A stretch of DNA of 64,000 nt from an uncultured Alphaproteobacteria bacterium. GTDB lineage: Bacteria > Pseudomonadota > Alphaproteobacteria > Rhizobiales > Beijerinckiaceae. Location: NCBI GenBank assembly GCA_963759985.1, contig CAVXBI010000002.1, forward strand, positions 105,111 through 169,110, read 5' to 3'. Positions within the stretch are counted from its first letter, which is position 1. Each line of letters starts with the position of its first letter. The position numbers and the translations under genes were made by a program. Below, in pieces: positions 63,436-64,000 of this stretch. The notes below the pieces were generated by a model that searched no databases, was not told where the DNA came from, and saw only the letters and a list, made by a program, of their open reading frames with translations.

Positions 63436-64000
63436 TCAATGTCCGGACGGGATGGGAAGCCGCTCGGCTCGCGCGCGCTTGCCCTGGAAATAGGATTTCA
63501 CCCATGGATGTTCGCAAGCCAACATGGTCGCCATCGATCCCTCGGCCACGACCTTGCCGTCGGCGAGTGCCGCGATCCGGTCGCAGACCGCATGCAGGCT
63601 GTCGAGGTCGTGGGTGACCATAAAGACGGTCAACCCGAGCGTCTGCTGCAATGTCCTGATCAACGTGTCGATGTCGCCGGCCGCGATTGGATCGAGCCCC
63701 GATGTCGGCTCATCGAGAAAGACGATTTCAGGATCGAGCGCAAGGGCGCGCGCCAAGGCCGCGCGCTTGGTCATGCCGCCGGAGAGTTCGGCGGGATATT
63801 TTTCGGCATCCTCGGCGTTCAGGCCGACCATGCCGAGTTTGGCTTTGGCGACTTCCTCCCGCAGCCTTTCGGAGACGTGAAGGTACTCGCGCATGGGGAA
63901 TTCGATGTTCTGACGCACGGTGAGCGAAGAGAACAGGGCGCCTTGCTGGAACAATATGCCCCAACGGCGCTCGATCGCGCGAATCGTCTCCAACGATGCT
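63436..64000 (-). CDS. MlaF-type ABC ATPase (5'-truncated by window edge)
   Basis: LFQQGALFSSLTV, LSGGMTKR, FLDEPTSGLDP, VTHD. Confidence 0.93.
   Translation of the reverse strand, partial: ASLETIRAIERRWGILFQQGALFSSLTVRQNIEFPMREYLHVSERLREEVAKAKLGMVGLNAEDAEKYPAELSGGMTKRAALARALALDPEIVFLDEPTSGLDPIAAGDIDTLIRTLQQTLGLTVFMVTHDLDSLHAVCDRIAALADGKVVAEGSMATMLACEHPWVKSYFQGKRARAERLPIPSGH

Overview
GC-rich alphaproteobacterial chromosomal segment. The gene set (hprA-like reductase, MxcQE/MoxXY-like two-component pair, lanmodulin homolog) suggests a Beijerinckiaceae/Methylocystaceae-like methylotroph, which is an inference. From left to right it carries: cobalamin genes cobQ-cobD/cobC; an aa3 oxidase operon with surf1, thrC, an M16 peptidase, a RimJ-like GNAT and a membrane GGDEF-EAL protein; a sigma-EcfG stress pair next to UdgX; a methylotrophy/lanthanide mini-cluster; ruvX-gatCAB with a DUF4188 gene inserted behind a 16-bp palindrome; a histone-like protein followed by a structured-RNA candidate; a DUF2946(RGPP)-OMP-copC-copD copper cassette with a visible anti-SD switch; a sulfotransferase/GT/epimerase/ABC module; and a ~17-kb FixLJ-FixK hypoxia island (adh, cydAB, phasins, phbB, phaC, maoC-pta, ackA, fabI, USP, a Lys-less lipoyl domain) with six FixK boxes and an unannotated 50-aa membrane sORF. 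About 15-17 single-base frameshifts, almost all +1 and several in essential gatA/gatB, indicate uncorrected long-read errors rather than real pseudogenes. I saw no tRNA, rRNA, CRISPR array, integrase or IS element. All family assignments come from motif recognition by eye; no database searches were run.
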